Source: Pristiophorus japonicus
Lineage: Eukaryota
Assembly: GCF_044704955.1 (NCBI RefSeq)
Contig: NC_091999.1
Span: 34,844,001 to 34,908,000 of the forward strand
Direction: 5' to 3'
Length of the DNA stretch: 64,000 bases
Shown here: piece after piece, positions 37,227 to 48,389 of the stretch
Position numbering within the stretch: the first letter of the stretch is position 1
Layout of the letters: each line of letters begins with the position of its first letter
Program-made: the position numbers and the translations under genes
The notes under the pieces: model-generated
The model's input: only the letters and a program-made list of their open reading frames with translations
Database searches by the model: none
Told to the model about the DNA's origin: nothing

Positions 37227-37999
37227 CTGGGAAGGAATGGCCCATTGAACAAGTTAGACTCTGTAATCCGTGCTTATAAAAGAAATAAACAAATCGAAAT
37301 TTGACTGCAGAATAAACTAATTCCACCATTTCTCCATCAAAGGCTACACGGGCATTTGAGCTTCTGTCAGTTCTATCGTAAGCACCTGTTAATGCGCTGG
37401 TCAGGAACGCACCTCTCTATCACCGAGCTCTATCACATTACACAACAAGAACCTTTACACAACTCGTCAATAAAGAAGCCTTCATTGGATCATACAATAG
37501 CAGAACAGAGACGTTTTTCCTGTTATTTCGGCCTGCATTTATTTCTCAATCAGCACCATTTCTTGTCCTTTATTTAATTGCAGTTTGGGAAAATTTGCTC
37601 TGTGCACGTTGCCTGCGGTGTATCCGTACAAAACAACAGTGACTGCACTTCAAAGTAACAGCGGAATTCCGGCTTAGGACGTTCGCAAAAACCCTGCAAA
37701 CTTGCCTACCACATAATTCAACAGGTAGCGTTTCCATAGTCTAGTTTCTAAGATGCAAGTTGTAAATGAACCGCGATTGAGTCGAATTTCTTCCTTATTT
37801 TCTCAGCATTTGAGGGAGAGCGATGTCCTTCAGCGCACTGTGATCTGAGCTCTATTCCATCCTATTATATGCATGTCTCTTGAGTAGCCTGCTTCCTGCA
37901 ACTCAATTAATAATCCGAATAAAATACCATTCCAAAATCCGGTTAATTTGAAGTTACTCCTTAAATGGCCCGTTTCAATTCCTATTGTTGTTCTTGTTA

Positions 38000-38900
38000 T
38001 ATAACAATGACATCGACTTGGTTACAGGGAATACAATTTCGAAGTTCAAAAATGATGCAAAACCTGGCAACGTAGCCAATAGTGAGCATGATAGCAGCAG
38101 ACTCCATTAGGAGACAGATGGACCAGTGAAATAGGCTTGGACATGGCAATTGCAATTCAATGCGAATCATTGAGAAGCGATGCACATTGGGTGGAAGTTG
38201 GAGAGGCAGTATAATCTAAATAGTATTGTTTTGAGCGGATGCACGAATAGAGAGATCTGGATGTACATATTCACAAATCTTTGAAGAGGGCAGGGCAAAC
38301 TGTTAAGGCTGTTAGGAATGCGTATGGGATACTTGACTTTGTAAATGGGGCATTGAATACAAAAACAAGGCGGTTATGCTAAACTTACAGATCACGTGTT
38401 AGGCCTCAGCTGGACTATTGCTTACAATTTTGTCACCACAATGTAGGAAGGATGTCAAGCCCTTGGGGAGTGTAGAGGGGAGGCTTTTACCTGGATGATG
38501 CCAGGGATGGGGTCTTCAGTTATGCGGAGAGATTGGAGAAGCTGGAATATTCTCCTTAGAGCAGAGGTTAAGAGGAGACCTAAGAGAGATATTCAACATT
38601 ATGTCAGGTTAAGTATACTAAGTCGGGAGAAAATGTTCCGCTGGAAAGTAGGTGGGTAACCAAATGTCGCAGTTTTAAAATAATTGTGAAAAGATCAGAA
38701 GGTGAAATTCAGGTGATTTTATTCACACAGAGGTTTGCTAATTTCAGGAATGCTCCAGCCAGTATCTCCTGTACGTCAGGAGGACTCATTTGCACGTTTA
38801 CAATGTAAACTCTGGGGTGTTGGACTAAATTGGACAGCTCTTTCAGAGCCGGCACAGGCACGATGCCTGAATGGCCTCTTCCAATTATGTGTGATGCTAT
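38000..38900 (+). mobile_element. Old CR1 ORF2 3' fragment in the J-C intron
   Basis: gatgatgcaaaacctgg, aggcctcagctggactattg..aggaaggatgt and a CR1 3' end (gaatggcctcttcc). Confidence 0.7.
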
Positions 38901-39599
38901 GAGTCTACACAAGTCAGTGGGAATAGTTCTTCTAGATTTCATGGAAGGAAACACTTCATATTTTGGACACCACTACCAGATCTATTTTTATTGTTCGTTA
39001 TAATGAAAGAGGATATTTAAAATAAAGGGATCTTATAAATCTGACGCAAATTAGTCAATCGCATGCTGTTAGAAAAGCTTAAATTCATTGCGAATGATGA
39101 CTTATTGCAGGTTGACTCTCTCTCTTTAAATGTTTCACAGAATTGCAGCTCAGTGACTGTGTGCCTTGTGTTGTGACCCAGGCCAATAGCTGCATCTCCT
39201 CACAGTTTGTCGCTGCCTTTAACCTTCACAGGAAGAATTGGACAACATAATTTTTCTAAACATGAGGTCCCCATGATGGTTATTTGAAGTGGCAGTCTCG
39301 ATATTCTCTATTTTAATTGTGGAAATAACTTGTAACCTCCCATCAGATCAGAACAGGCGCTGCTTTCTGGAGCGTTATTCACTTCCTGAAACTGTTTGTT
39401 CTGAAAGTGAGCTGAGGATCAGGCCAATCATGTTCTTTAGTAATCTGATGCTCAAAATGTTCAAACATTAATAACTCATAAAAAATTGGGCATTTTTTTC
39501 AGAAAGAATATAAACATCAAAGAATGTGCGCTTTTTAATCTGTGCAATGGGCCGAATTATTGTATATATCTGGCACGAGCAGTTTATCTGCTATCTGTT

Positions 39600-40130
39600 A
39601 GACGCAGATAACGGTGCCTAGAACATTACTGACCAAGCACTCTCAGGTCAGACACAGCACGGATAAGAGAGCAAAGCTCCCGCTATGCTGCCGTGTGGGT
39701 CAGGACAGGTATAGCAAGTGTTGCACACAGAGTAATATGTTATCTATACTATCCCGTCAAACATTCCCAGCTCAAGTACTGCAGAGATGTGCTACGAAAT
39801 TTCTCCCCCAAAAATGCGTTATCAAATTTACCGATTAATTAAGCACAATTATTACGAGTACAATGAAAATCTTCCAATGCACTGTCCCATTAAAGCGCAC
39901 CACCCCTCCAAAGCTCTGATTAAATAGAAGACATTCTATATTGAAGGACCCAATTAAGTTCCACGTCCTTGTAAAGAAAAGGTTAAATACTGATTAAAGC
40001 TATCTCTGCAATGTCCCATCATGCACTGCCAGGTAAGATAACGCACGGGTTAGTTGCAGAGTAAAGCAGTCATATCAAACACTGTCAGGGCAGGTACAAC
40101 CGGGTTAGAAACTGATTAAAGCTTCTTCGA
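39600..40130. repeat. Degenerate copies of the ~67-bp satellite
   Basis: tcccatc..cactgccagg..ggcaggtaca..gggttaga..agtaaagc, the same unit as 51760-52250. Confidence 0.6.
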
Positions 40131-41633
40131 CTGTCTCCTCGTGGTGTTTCGGAACTGCTCATTCTGACTGTCACAATCTGGGTTACTGATCTCATTTCTA
40201 CGGCGAATCCTCAACCTTAAAGTCAATCTTTCACGTTTCTCACAGATACCAATTTCTTAAATAACTGAATTAAATGACACTCCCCGCAATACAGGATCAC
40301 AACCCAGAAGGTTTACAACCCGTCAGGAGGACTCCTGATGCTCACTCAGTGAGCAGGCGCACAGAAACAGAACAGACACAAACGGTGCAACAAGGGTGCT
40401 CTAGGCAGAGAGAGACCAGTTCAATCTGTTAATTTCAATGAAGATGTTAGATTTCTAGTTTATTTCTTGTCAATTTCCAACCACCTCAACGCTGCAGATT
40501 CTTTGAAATTAATCTGATATTAATTTGAGAGACTCTTCAACATCCAGCCATTTCCCCATCTCTGTCAACTATCTTGTAAACCGTGTAAAAATTTACTTCC
40601 CTGAAAGCAAGTAGCTGGAAATAATTCACATTCCACGGGAATTTGCTGCCCGTCACACGGGACTCGGTGACAGAGTAAGAATGTCACAATCCAGGAGACA
40701 TATACAGCGATACCTAATCACCCACTGATTTTATATGTTTTCATCAGTAAATATAACCTGTAAAATCATCGCGGCAAAACAGGAAATTAATTCACTAAAA
40801 TCTGCAGCGACACATTGTCGAACTCAGCACAGCCGAGTTATCAATGCATTGTTTTCTAAATTAATTTATGAATGAATTAAACATTATCTCCAACGCTTGA
40901 AATTTTGCAATAATTGTAATACTGACCAGTATGCAACACAATTGTAAGTGCTCGCTTATGTTTTAATGAATTAGCACTGATGTTACATTCTAATTTAATG
41001 TTCATGTTAGCTGAATATTGAAAATAATCTGAGTGCCAGTCTGGCCCTTCCTCCTCAGAAGCATACCTACCTGGAACTTTTGAAATTAAATTAACGTGCT
41101 TGAATTTCAGCCATACAAATAGAAGTAATTATTAAACATTTTAAAACCTTTTATGCCTGATAACTTGTGATATATTATGGTTTACTTAACTTACCACAAC
41201 AATTAATCAATATTAAAATATTAAGCAGCATATTAATACATGACTACTCTGAAATATACCTTATTTTTACTTAAATGGAATCAAATTTGAATAATTGACA
41301 ATAATCACGCAGTTCTACTATTGTCCCGTTCTCGACCGACACCTTTTTAAACTCTGCATGTTTCTAATATAGCATAAACTGCGTCTATTTGCAGAGAGCA
41401 TTTCACATTATGGATTTGGGTGTGGACTAATTTAAATAGTTCTCTGTCCAGCCAGGGTCACAACTCCGATGGGCTGTAAACCGCTTGTTTACTAATGCTG
41501 GAATCTCGAGCTGAAATATTCTCCTCAATCTTAAACCCCAAAAATGGTTTTATTAATTAAAATCCATTCTTGCAGTTTGCAGTCAGTAGCAGAGCCTTCA
41601 CTACTTAATAACACAGACAATCTTTTAAAGTTC

Positions 41634-41716
41634 ATAGAAACATAGAAAATAGCTGCAGGAGTAGGCCATTCGGCCCTTCGCGCCTGCACCGCCATTCAAT
41701 GAGTTCCTGGCTGAAC
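41634..41716 (-). mobile_element. Very short CR1 3' end
   Basis: catagaaacatagaaaatagctgcaggagtaggccattc..., the reverse complement of the 3' UTR at 34000-34100. Confidence 0.75.
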
Positions 41717-43780
41717 ACTCCAGTTATTCACAAAATGCCCGTAAGTTAATGATTAAATATATTCTGCTACTTCTTGAAAATAGTTTCCAGAATGGTCAGT
41801 GTAAAACTAGAGGATAACAATTCATTCAGACCATCTGGAGCACTGAAACTGAATGTGCAAATGGAGGAGAGACTTTGTTCATCAATTTAATATTAATAAA
41901 AATTAAACATAGCTCTCAGATATGGTTTGTGCTTTGTCTACCTTCTATTCCGCATACAGCAGCGTTTTGGGAGATAGGATTTTGTTTCAAATACAAAGTA
42001 AGATGAACCTTTTGTAAGTAAATTAATCTGCTTGAATTTCAATGGATTACTTGCTGTCTCCAGCCATACGCATTCGGAATCTGCCTTGAATTTCAATATA
42101 ATTACATGAACAATTCTTTGACTGCCAGCGATGCCTGTCTCTCAGCTTTTGTTCTTGCAAAGTGTTCAAGGTTAACTTAGTGATAATTCTATCAAACAAC
42201 ACACAATATTGATTCAATAACAAATTTCGGCTACACAGTGAGAATGTCATACCCCGGCAGATAGATTAAATTGACAAAATGCAATTTGCAACACGGCTTT
42301 AAGTTATAATTAATTGCACTCAGTCATTCATCTGTGTAAAGAGGAGGTAGCAAGTAATTGAACTCCCGACTCAAACTGAACACAGCGGTGGAATCAGTAT
42401 GTTGTTAATGAAATAATTGCAGGCATAATTAATAACTGTATCCAGCCTCTAAAAGTTTCTGCTTCCCTTAATGGTGCCCAGTGTAGAGCAGGATTTTTGA
42501 AGGCGAATAATATTCAGTAAATGAACATTGGACTAATAGCATATTTTAATAACATTCGGTGATATTATTGCATTATAATCGGTTGGTTAATAGTAATTTA
42601 ATTCAACTACAACCTGAATAAGTTAATTATGTAGATGGCAACTAGTTACATTTCACATATTAATATACCAGCATCGTCAAAATAGATTAATAGTTGAATA
42701 TATAATTATCACTTCAATAATTGTGCTGTTAAAATACCTTTCAATGACTTCTGATGTCTAAACCCGTCCTGTTCTTTGCCTACCTACTGTTTAAAAACAG
42801 TTTCAAAATACATATCTTGTTTGGATTCGATCAGAAACCTGCTGCTGCCCGCTGTCACCGATATTAAACATTGTAGAAACGCCAAACAGCTTCACTAATT
42901 CTAGGTATTCTGAGTAACACAGGCACGAACTCTCCTCAGCAGATCAACACAAAATCACATCGCTGAGGGGCGGAATCCCTCGACAGAACCTTTCATGGAG
43001 CAGATCCGTAATTCTATAAACACTTTCAGCAGAATCAAATGTATCATTGCAAAAAAATCTCATTACACAATCACCGAACCCGCCTCACACTGAGATATCT
43101 AATGATTGAATTCAACAGAAATATAAAATACTGACAGAGAATTGTGATTCGACGGATTATGTTAAATACGTTAATTTTGATATTATAGCGTATTTCAATA
43201 ATAATTGGTGATATTACTACGTTATAATAATGTTAATTTAAATGTGTTCCAGCTGGAAATATGTTAATTTTTCAGTTCTTAATTACAGCTCACGTATTGA
43301 ATCTGATCATTTGGGAACATTCGGTCAGTAAATGACAATGTAATTTTCATGAAAAAACTTAAAAGTCCTTTAGGTTATTTACTGATCGCTAAGCTTTCTG
43401 TTTTGTGCCTACAATGTTCTTTTAAACACATTCAAACACAATGTTTGCATTCGACCAGAAAAACTGCAGCAATCAGAGGTCACCAAGATTAAACATTGCA
43501 GAAACGTCAAACAGTGTAATAATCATAAAGTATTTAAAGTAACCTAGACACACAGTCTCGGCAGCAAATAAATACCAAATCACATCAACAACATTTTCTG
43601 TGGAGAAACAGTTGAATTCTATAATCACTTTGCAGCAGAATCACATTGATAATTGCAAAAAAATCTCAAAACAAAATCCACCGGACCCAAGTTTCAGTGA
43701 ACGAAATAATTATTAAAATAAACAGAAATATAAAATAAAGAAAAAATACAAGTGTTACTGAATCAGTGAATGCTCCTTAC

Positions 43781-43830
43781 CTGCAGTCACCGTCACCATG
43801 GTTCCTTGTCCCCAGTAGCCCATTGCGTAA
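43781..43830 (-). pseudogene. IGHJ: Germline-joined D2-JH segment
   Basis: YAMGYWGQGTMVTVTA followed by a GTAAG donor (43780). It is preceded directly by a 12-spacer RSS rather than a J-type 22/23 RSS. Confidence 0.88.
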
Positions 43831-43858
43831 CACAGTGAGACACGTTGTGTCAAATACT
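43831..43858 (+). promoter_or_regulatory. Recombination signal sequence, 12-bp spacer (D2 5' type)
   Basis: CACAGTG-agacacgttgtg-TCAAATACT. Confidence 0.85.
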
Positions 43859-44181
43859 CAGGCGGACTGTTAACTGTAAAATACAGAGATTAAATTCCAC
43901 CCAGCTCTAAAAACCCGATTCTGACTGTCGTAAGAGTGAATCAGCGAGATATTTCATTTTGTAGCGTTCATTATATTTACAAAAATGATTGGAATACTTC
44001 TCAAGCATCTGTGCATGTTCAACATGGCAATCAATAGTAATAAAGAAGAAAACTGTTATACATTTAAATATATATATATATATATATATAACTTATTTCT
44101 AATTATTTTTATTTAAGCCTCAGTTCCTTCGACGCTCCTGGCGTGGTAATGGTCGCAGGTTTTAGCAAACTCCCTGTCTGG

Positions 44182-44219
44182 GGTATTTGTATGGAGAGCT
44201 CACTCTGTATTGCACCATG
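44182..44219 (-). promoter_or_regulatory. Recombination signal sequence, 22-bp spacer (D1 3' type), heptamer mutated
   Basis: CATGGTG (CACGGTG with a CpG transition)-caatacagagtgagctctccat-ACAAATACC. Confidence 0.75.
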
Positions 44220-44538
44220 ACCCACTCCCGTAGTCCTTCCTTGCACAGTAATAGATGGCGGTGTCTTCGCTCCTCTTGTTCTTTATGTCCAACGTGAAGA
44301 TGTTGTTTGATGTGTCTTTGGATGCAGTAAATCGGCTGTCAATCCCTGGGACGTTATTCTTGCTCGATGGAGTGCAGTAGTAAACCAGCCACTCCAGCCC
44401 CTGACCGGGAACCTGGCGGACCCAGTTCATGCCATAGCCGCCAAAATCGAACCCGCTGGTTTATAGGTCAGTCTCAGGGAGACTCAGGAAATCCTGGTTT
44501 TGCCTCGGGCTGAGTCAACACCACATCCGACTGGACAC
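44220..44538 (-). pseudogene. IGHV: IgM VH exon joined to D1
   Basis: Acceptor tttttacag, then VQSDVVLTQPEA [1-bp deletion] SLRLTYKTSGF (Cys>Tyr)..[39 protein letters not shown], running directly into KDYGSG with no V RSS. Confidence 0.93.
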
Positions 44539-44666
44539 CTGTAAAAATAATCAAAATATCCCGAGGATCAATCCTCGGGAAATGATTCCTGACTCTGTAA
44601 AATTTCAGAGAGAGACTCGCACTGAGACAGTAACAATGAGAGAATTGGACAATAAAAACTACTCAC

Positions 44667-44712
44667 GGGAAAGTAAAGCCAGCAACAGAACGAAAGCAAT
44701 CGCCGACCTCAT
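44667..44712 (-). pseudogene. IGHV: IgH leader exon
   Basis: MRSAIAFVLLLALLS, 46 nt, followed by a GTGAGT donor in phase 1. Confidence 0.9.
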
Positions 44713-44799
44713 CCTCCTGGCAATGTGTGGTGACTGGTTCCAGCAAGAACTCACTGAGCAAACCCACTCCCAGACTGTTGTATTGCGCTCCCAGTGGCC

Positions 44800-44890
44800 G
44801 GCAGCTAAATACCTGGGAGATGGGGGCGAGGTTAAAGGCGCCTCCCATTGATTCCCTGATAGAAGCGGTTTCTGGATCCACGTCACTCCT
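44800..44890 (-). promoter_or_regulatory. VH promoter with a CRE/TCR-beta-decamer-like element; no octamer seen
   Basis: AGTGACGT at 44887-44880 and TATTTAG at ~44811-44805, upstream of the leader ATG. Confidence 0.5.
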
Positions 44891-46423
44891 TCCACATCAC
44901 CAACAGAATGGACTCACATCTGGATTGTAAATTAAATCCCTTTATTCCTCACTCTTTCACAGGGGATGTAAATCTTTGAGATTGAATTACATTATCAGGA
45001 TCTAATGACACGGCCAGTTTGTGCTTTTACATCTCCCGCTATCTATCCATGCAACTGTACCAATAAAGTATCCCCTATAATCTGAATTGATATCACTCTA
45101 TGTAACCGAGTGCGGTAGATGGGTAATGTGATTCTATTTACAGTGTACTTGGCTGAAGCTACACTTTTGTTCTGGAGATGAGATCATACTCCTCACATTA
45201 TACAATTGTCTCTCACTGCATTTCACTAACTGCCCCTGAGTCTGTGACTCTAAGACAGCCGTTTGTAAATTTAGCTGTAAAATAAGTCTGCTTGTCTGAT
45301 GATTAAGGAGTGAGTTGACGAAGACACATAAGAAAGTGGGGGCCGCCCGCTTCAGACCAGCGTTTTATGAGAGAAGCTGGTGAATCAGAATCGATAATGT
45401 GATCAGCAAACCTTGACATCCAAATCCTTGCCGCTAACTTTAATAGCGACCGAATGTGTAACAGACACGGGTAACAGGAACACGGTGTATCAGGACATAG
45501 TGGTATCTTACAGAATATCACAGGAATAAATGCTTCATCTCCAGCAGAAACAGATCACAATCTGGGCCTTTCACCACCCACTGGTAGCCGGGCTATGAGA
45601 GGGCTTGTTCAGGGATCCAAATCAGTTCAAGTTACACCGCACCCTGCGCGGCTACTGATCACGAATAATGGAGACATGTGTTTAGACCAGGCGCAAAATT
45701 CTGTGAGAATATTAAAGAAGTGCAGCTGGCACTTCTCTGTGAGAATATTCAAGGCAATTCAACCTGTTTTAGTTACTTTGCGAATCCCACTCATCTCATT
45801 ACAGTGTGGGGTGAGGACATTAAACCTCTCTCCAGCACTTCATGCTGTACTGAATAAATCGATTGAAAGATTTAGAATGGTCTTTATTTGGAAATAGTTT
45901 TCATTAGGTACCGTGTGGATCAATTCATTATTTTCAGATCCTGTTTTGTAATATTGTGAGCATGCAATTTACGTAAAATCATTCTTGAGATGTTATACTA
46001 TGGAAAATGTTTCTTATTTTAAAAGTTCGACTGAATAATGTAATATTTAAATAGTTAAATACCATATTTCTCTCATTCTTGTTCACGCTAATCTGACCCG
46101 CACAATATTTGGCAGTAACCCAACCGACTGCCGTCAGCGAGCCTCGAACACCAGTGTCATTTTCAGGAAGCATCTGGGGTTCTGTGCACTCCATCATGGG
46201 CCAGTTTTCTCACTACTGACCGCATGCCTGGAAGCCAACTTCAAAACATTTACATTGACAAAAGACCTATTTATATACACATCTACCCAATAACAGAACT
46301 GGTGTTAAGTTAAATTTTTTCGTTGTGTAAATGTGTGTAACTGTTCACATATTGCAGGAAAGGAAATATATCCAAAGTCTCAGACACCATGTCAGTCGCA
46401 GCAGTCAGCTGGAGTATCAGTAC

Positions 46424-46631
46424 NNNNNNNNNNNNNNNNNNNNNNNNNNNNNNNNNNNNNNNNNNNNNNNNNNNNNNNNNNNNNNNNNNNNNNNNNNNNN
46501 NNNNNNNNNNNNNNNNNNNNNNNNNNNNNNNNNNNNNNNNNNNNNNNNNNNNNNNNNNNNNNNNNNNNNNNNNNNNNNNNNNNNNNNNNNNNNNNNNNNN
46601 NNNNNNNNNNNNNNNNNNNNNNNNNNNNNNN
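46424..46631. other. Assembly gap (208 N)
   Basis: Run of N bases. Confidence 1.
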
Positions 46632-48385
46632 AGAGATAGAAAGAGGGACCCCACAAAGATCAGTGCTGGGTCCACTATTGTTCACAACTTATATTAACAA
46701 TTTATATTGAATGACGGAACAGGCTCGCTGAACCATATGGCCTATTCCTGCTCCCAATTCTTATGTTCTTATGTTGTGATTTCCGAGGAAATATGGACAT
46801 AAGATACTCAATCTCTCCTGATAGAACAGCCCCCCGCCCCCGCCGCCGTCCCAGGAATCAGATCAGTCTGATGAACCTTAGATGCACTCCGTCCAAGGCA
46901 AGTATATCCTTCCTTAGAGAAGTAGAACAAAACTGTACACGATACACCAGGTGTAGTCTCAGCAGAGCCCTATATAAGTGCATGAAGGCTTCTTTTTACT
47001 AATACTCCAATCCCTTTGCAATAAAATGTTGCTTTCCATTTGCTTTCCTAATTGCTCACTTTGGCTCCATGTTAGCTTTCTGTGATTCGTGTACAAGGCC
47101 ATCCAGGTCTTTCTGAATAAGAACATTACCCAGTTTCTCAGCATTCAAAAAATATTCTGCATCTCTATTTGTCCTACCAAGGTGCATAACTTCACACTTC
47201 TCCTATTATACTCAATCTGCCATGTTCATGCCCACTCACTTAACCTCTCAATATCCCTTTGCAGCCTCCTTACTTCTTCCTCACTGTTTACTGTCCCACC
47301 TACCTTTGTATTGTAAATTACGCTAATTTAAGTCATCTTTCTATACACGTGTAGAAGCTCTAACAATCTGTTTGTAGATTTTTGATAGCTTATTTAATTT
47401 TATATTTTCTCCCATATTATCAGTTGCATGTGCATCTTTTGCAGAATTCCAAAATCTTCCCAATTTTCGGGCTTACTACTCTTTTTGTCAACATTCCATG
47501 GCTGTTAATTTAATCTAATACTATCTTTAACTTCCCTTGTTAGCCACGGTTGCACCATTGTTCCTGTGAGGTTTTTATTCATTGTGGAAGTTTATCTAAT
47601 CTGACGGCTCTGTATGATGAGCTGAAGGTGAATTTGCAATAATAATGTTGCTAATTCCGCCCTTGATACTTCCTGATCATCTGCACCTCTTGTGGTTTGT
47701 TCTAAAAAAATCCTCTGGGTAAACGTTCAAACAAGTTATTGTAGTGGGTGTTATGAATCATGTTTAAAGTAAGCTCTGGAGCTTGCAGTAGATGTCTTTT
47801 ATCAGAAGGTGGCGACAGTGATCATATTGATACATGAGTCATGTGGAGACGGATATTGCTGAGCATTTCAGTCACCGTCCGTTTTGTCAAAACAAGTAAA
47901 ACAATATAATTAATGCTTCTCAGTCAGTCAAATTTAAAGGGAGCATGTATCCTTAGAAATAATCTGAAGGGCAAATAAAGATTGCATTTTTTTCAATCCA
48001 CATTTTTAGAAGATTGTCAGCCTCTTGTCAAGGATGCAGAGGAGATTGGTGCAAGGCATGAGGGAGTTCAGTTTTGTGGAGACGAGAGAGGATGGGTTCA
48101 TTCTTATTATAGCAGGGAATGCTTAGGGGAGAATTAACAGATGTTTTCAAAATTGTGAAGGGGTTTCATTGAGTTGATAGTAAGGTGGGGATTCTATCGG
48201 CAGGTCTATCGGTAACCAGAACACAAAGATTAAGATGAATGAAAAAATAAATCCAGACGGGAGATAAGGAGATTTTTTATGCAGCGAGTTGTAATAACCT
48301 GGAATGCACTCTCTGAAAGGGTGATGGCAGCAAATTTAATTATAACTTTCAAATAGGGAAATCAATATATATTTGAAAAGGAAAG
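46632..48385. mobile_element. Mosaic of old CR1 fragments in both orientations
   Basis: GTPQRSVLGPLLF (+, 46640), antisense tgaaccttagatgcactcc..tccttccttag (46870-47560) and a CR1 3' part (+, 48030-48380). Confidence 0.6.
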
Positions 48386-48389
48386 ATGA

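Larger units (their letters stand above)
20960..44712 (-). pseudogene. IGHM: Cartilaginous-fish IgM heavy-chain cluster, germline-joined (VD-DJ), pseudogene
   Basis: Leader, VH, D, JH, Cmu1-4 and the secretory tail occur in order with phase-1 splice sites. It is inactivated by a V frameshift and Cys>Tyr, two stops in Cmu1, loss of the Cmu2 acceptor, frameshifts in Cmu3 and Cmu4, and two CR1 insertions. Confidence 0.93.

Noticed and set aside
44182-44209. Alternative reading as a 12-spacer RSS (TACAGAG-12-ACAAATACC)
   Set aside because: The first heptamer base is wrong and it would leave an incompatible 12/12 pair; the 22-spacer CATGGTG reading fits a shark D1 3' RSS better.
20960-44712. IgW or IgNAR identity for the Ig cluster
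   Set aside because: Four C domains with Cmu-type motifs and a ..LMDT.NSCQ tail match shark IgM.
46310-46710. ORFs spanning the N run
   Set aside because: They are assembly gap artefacts.
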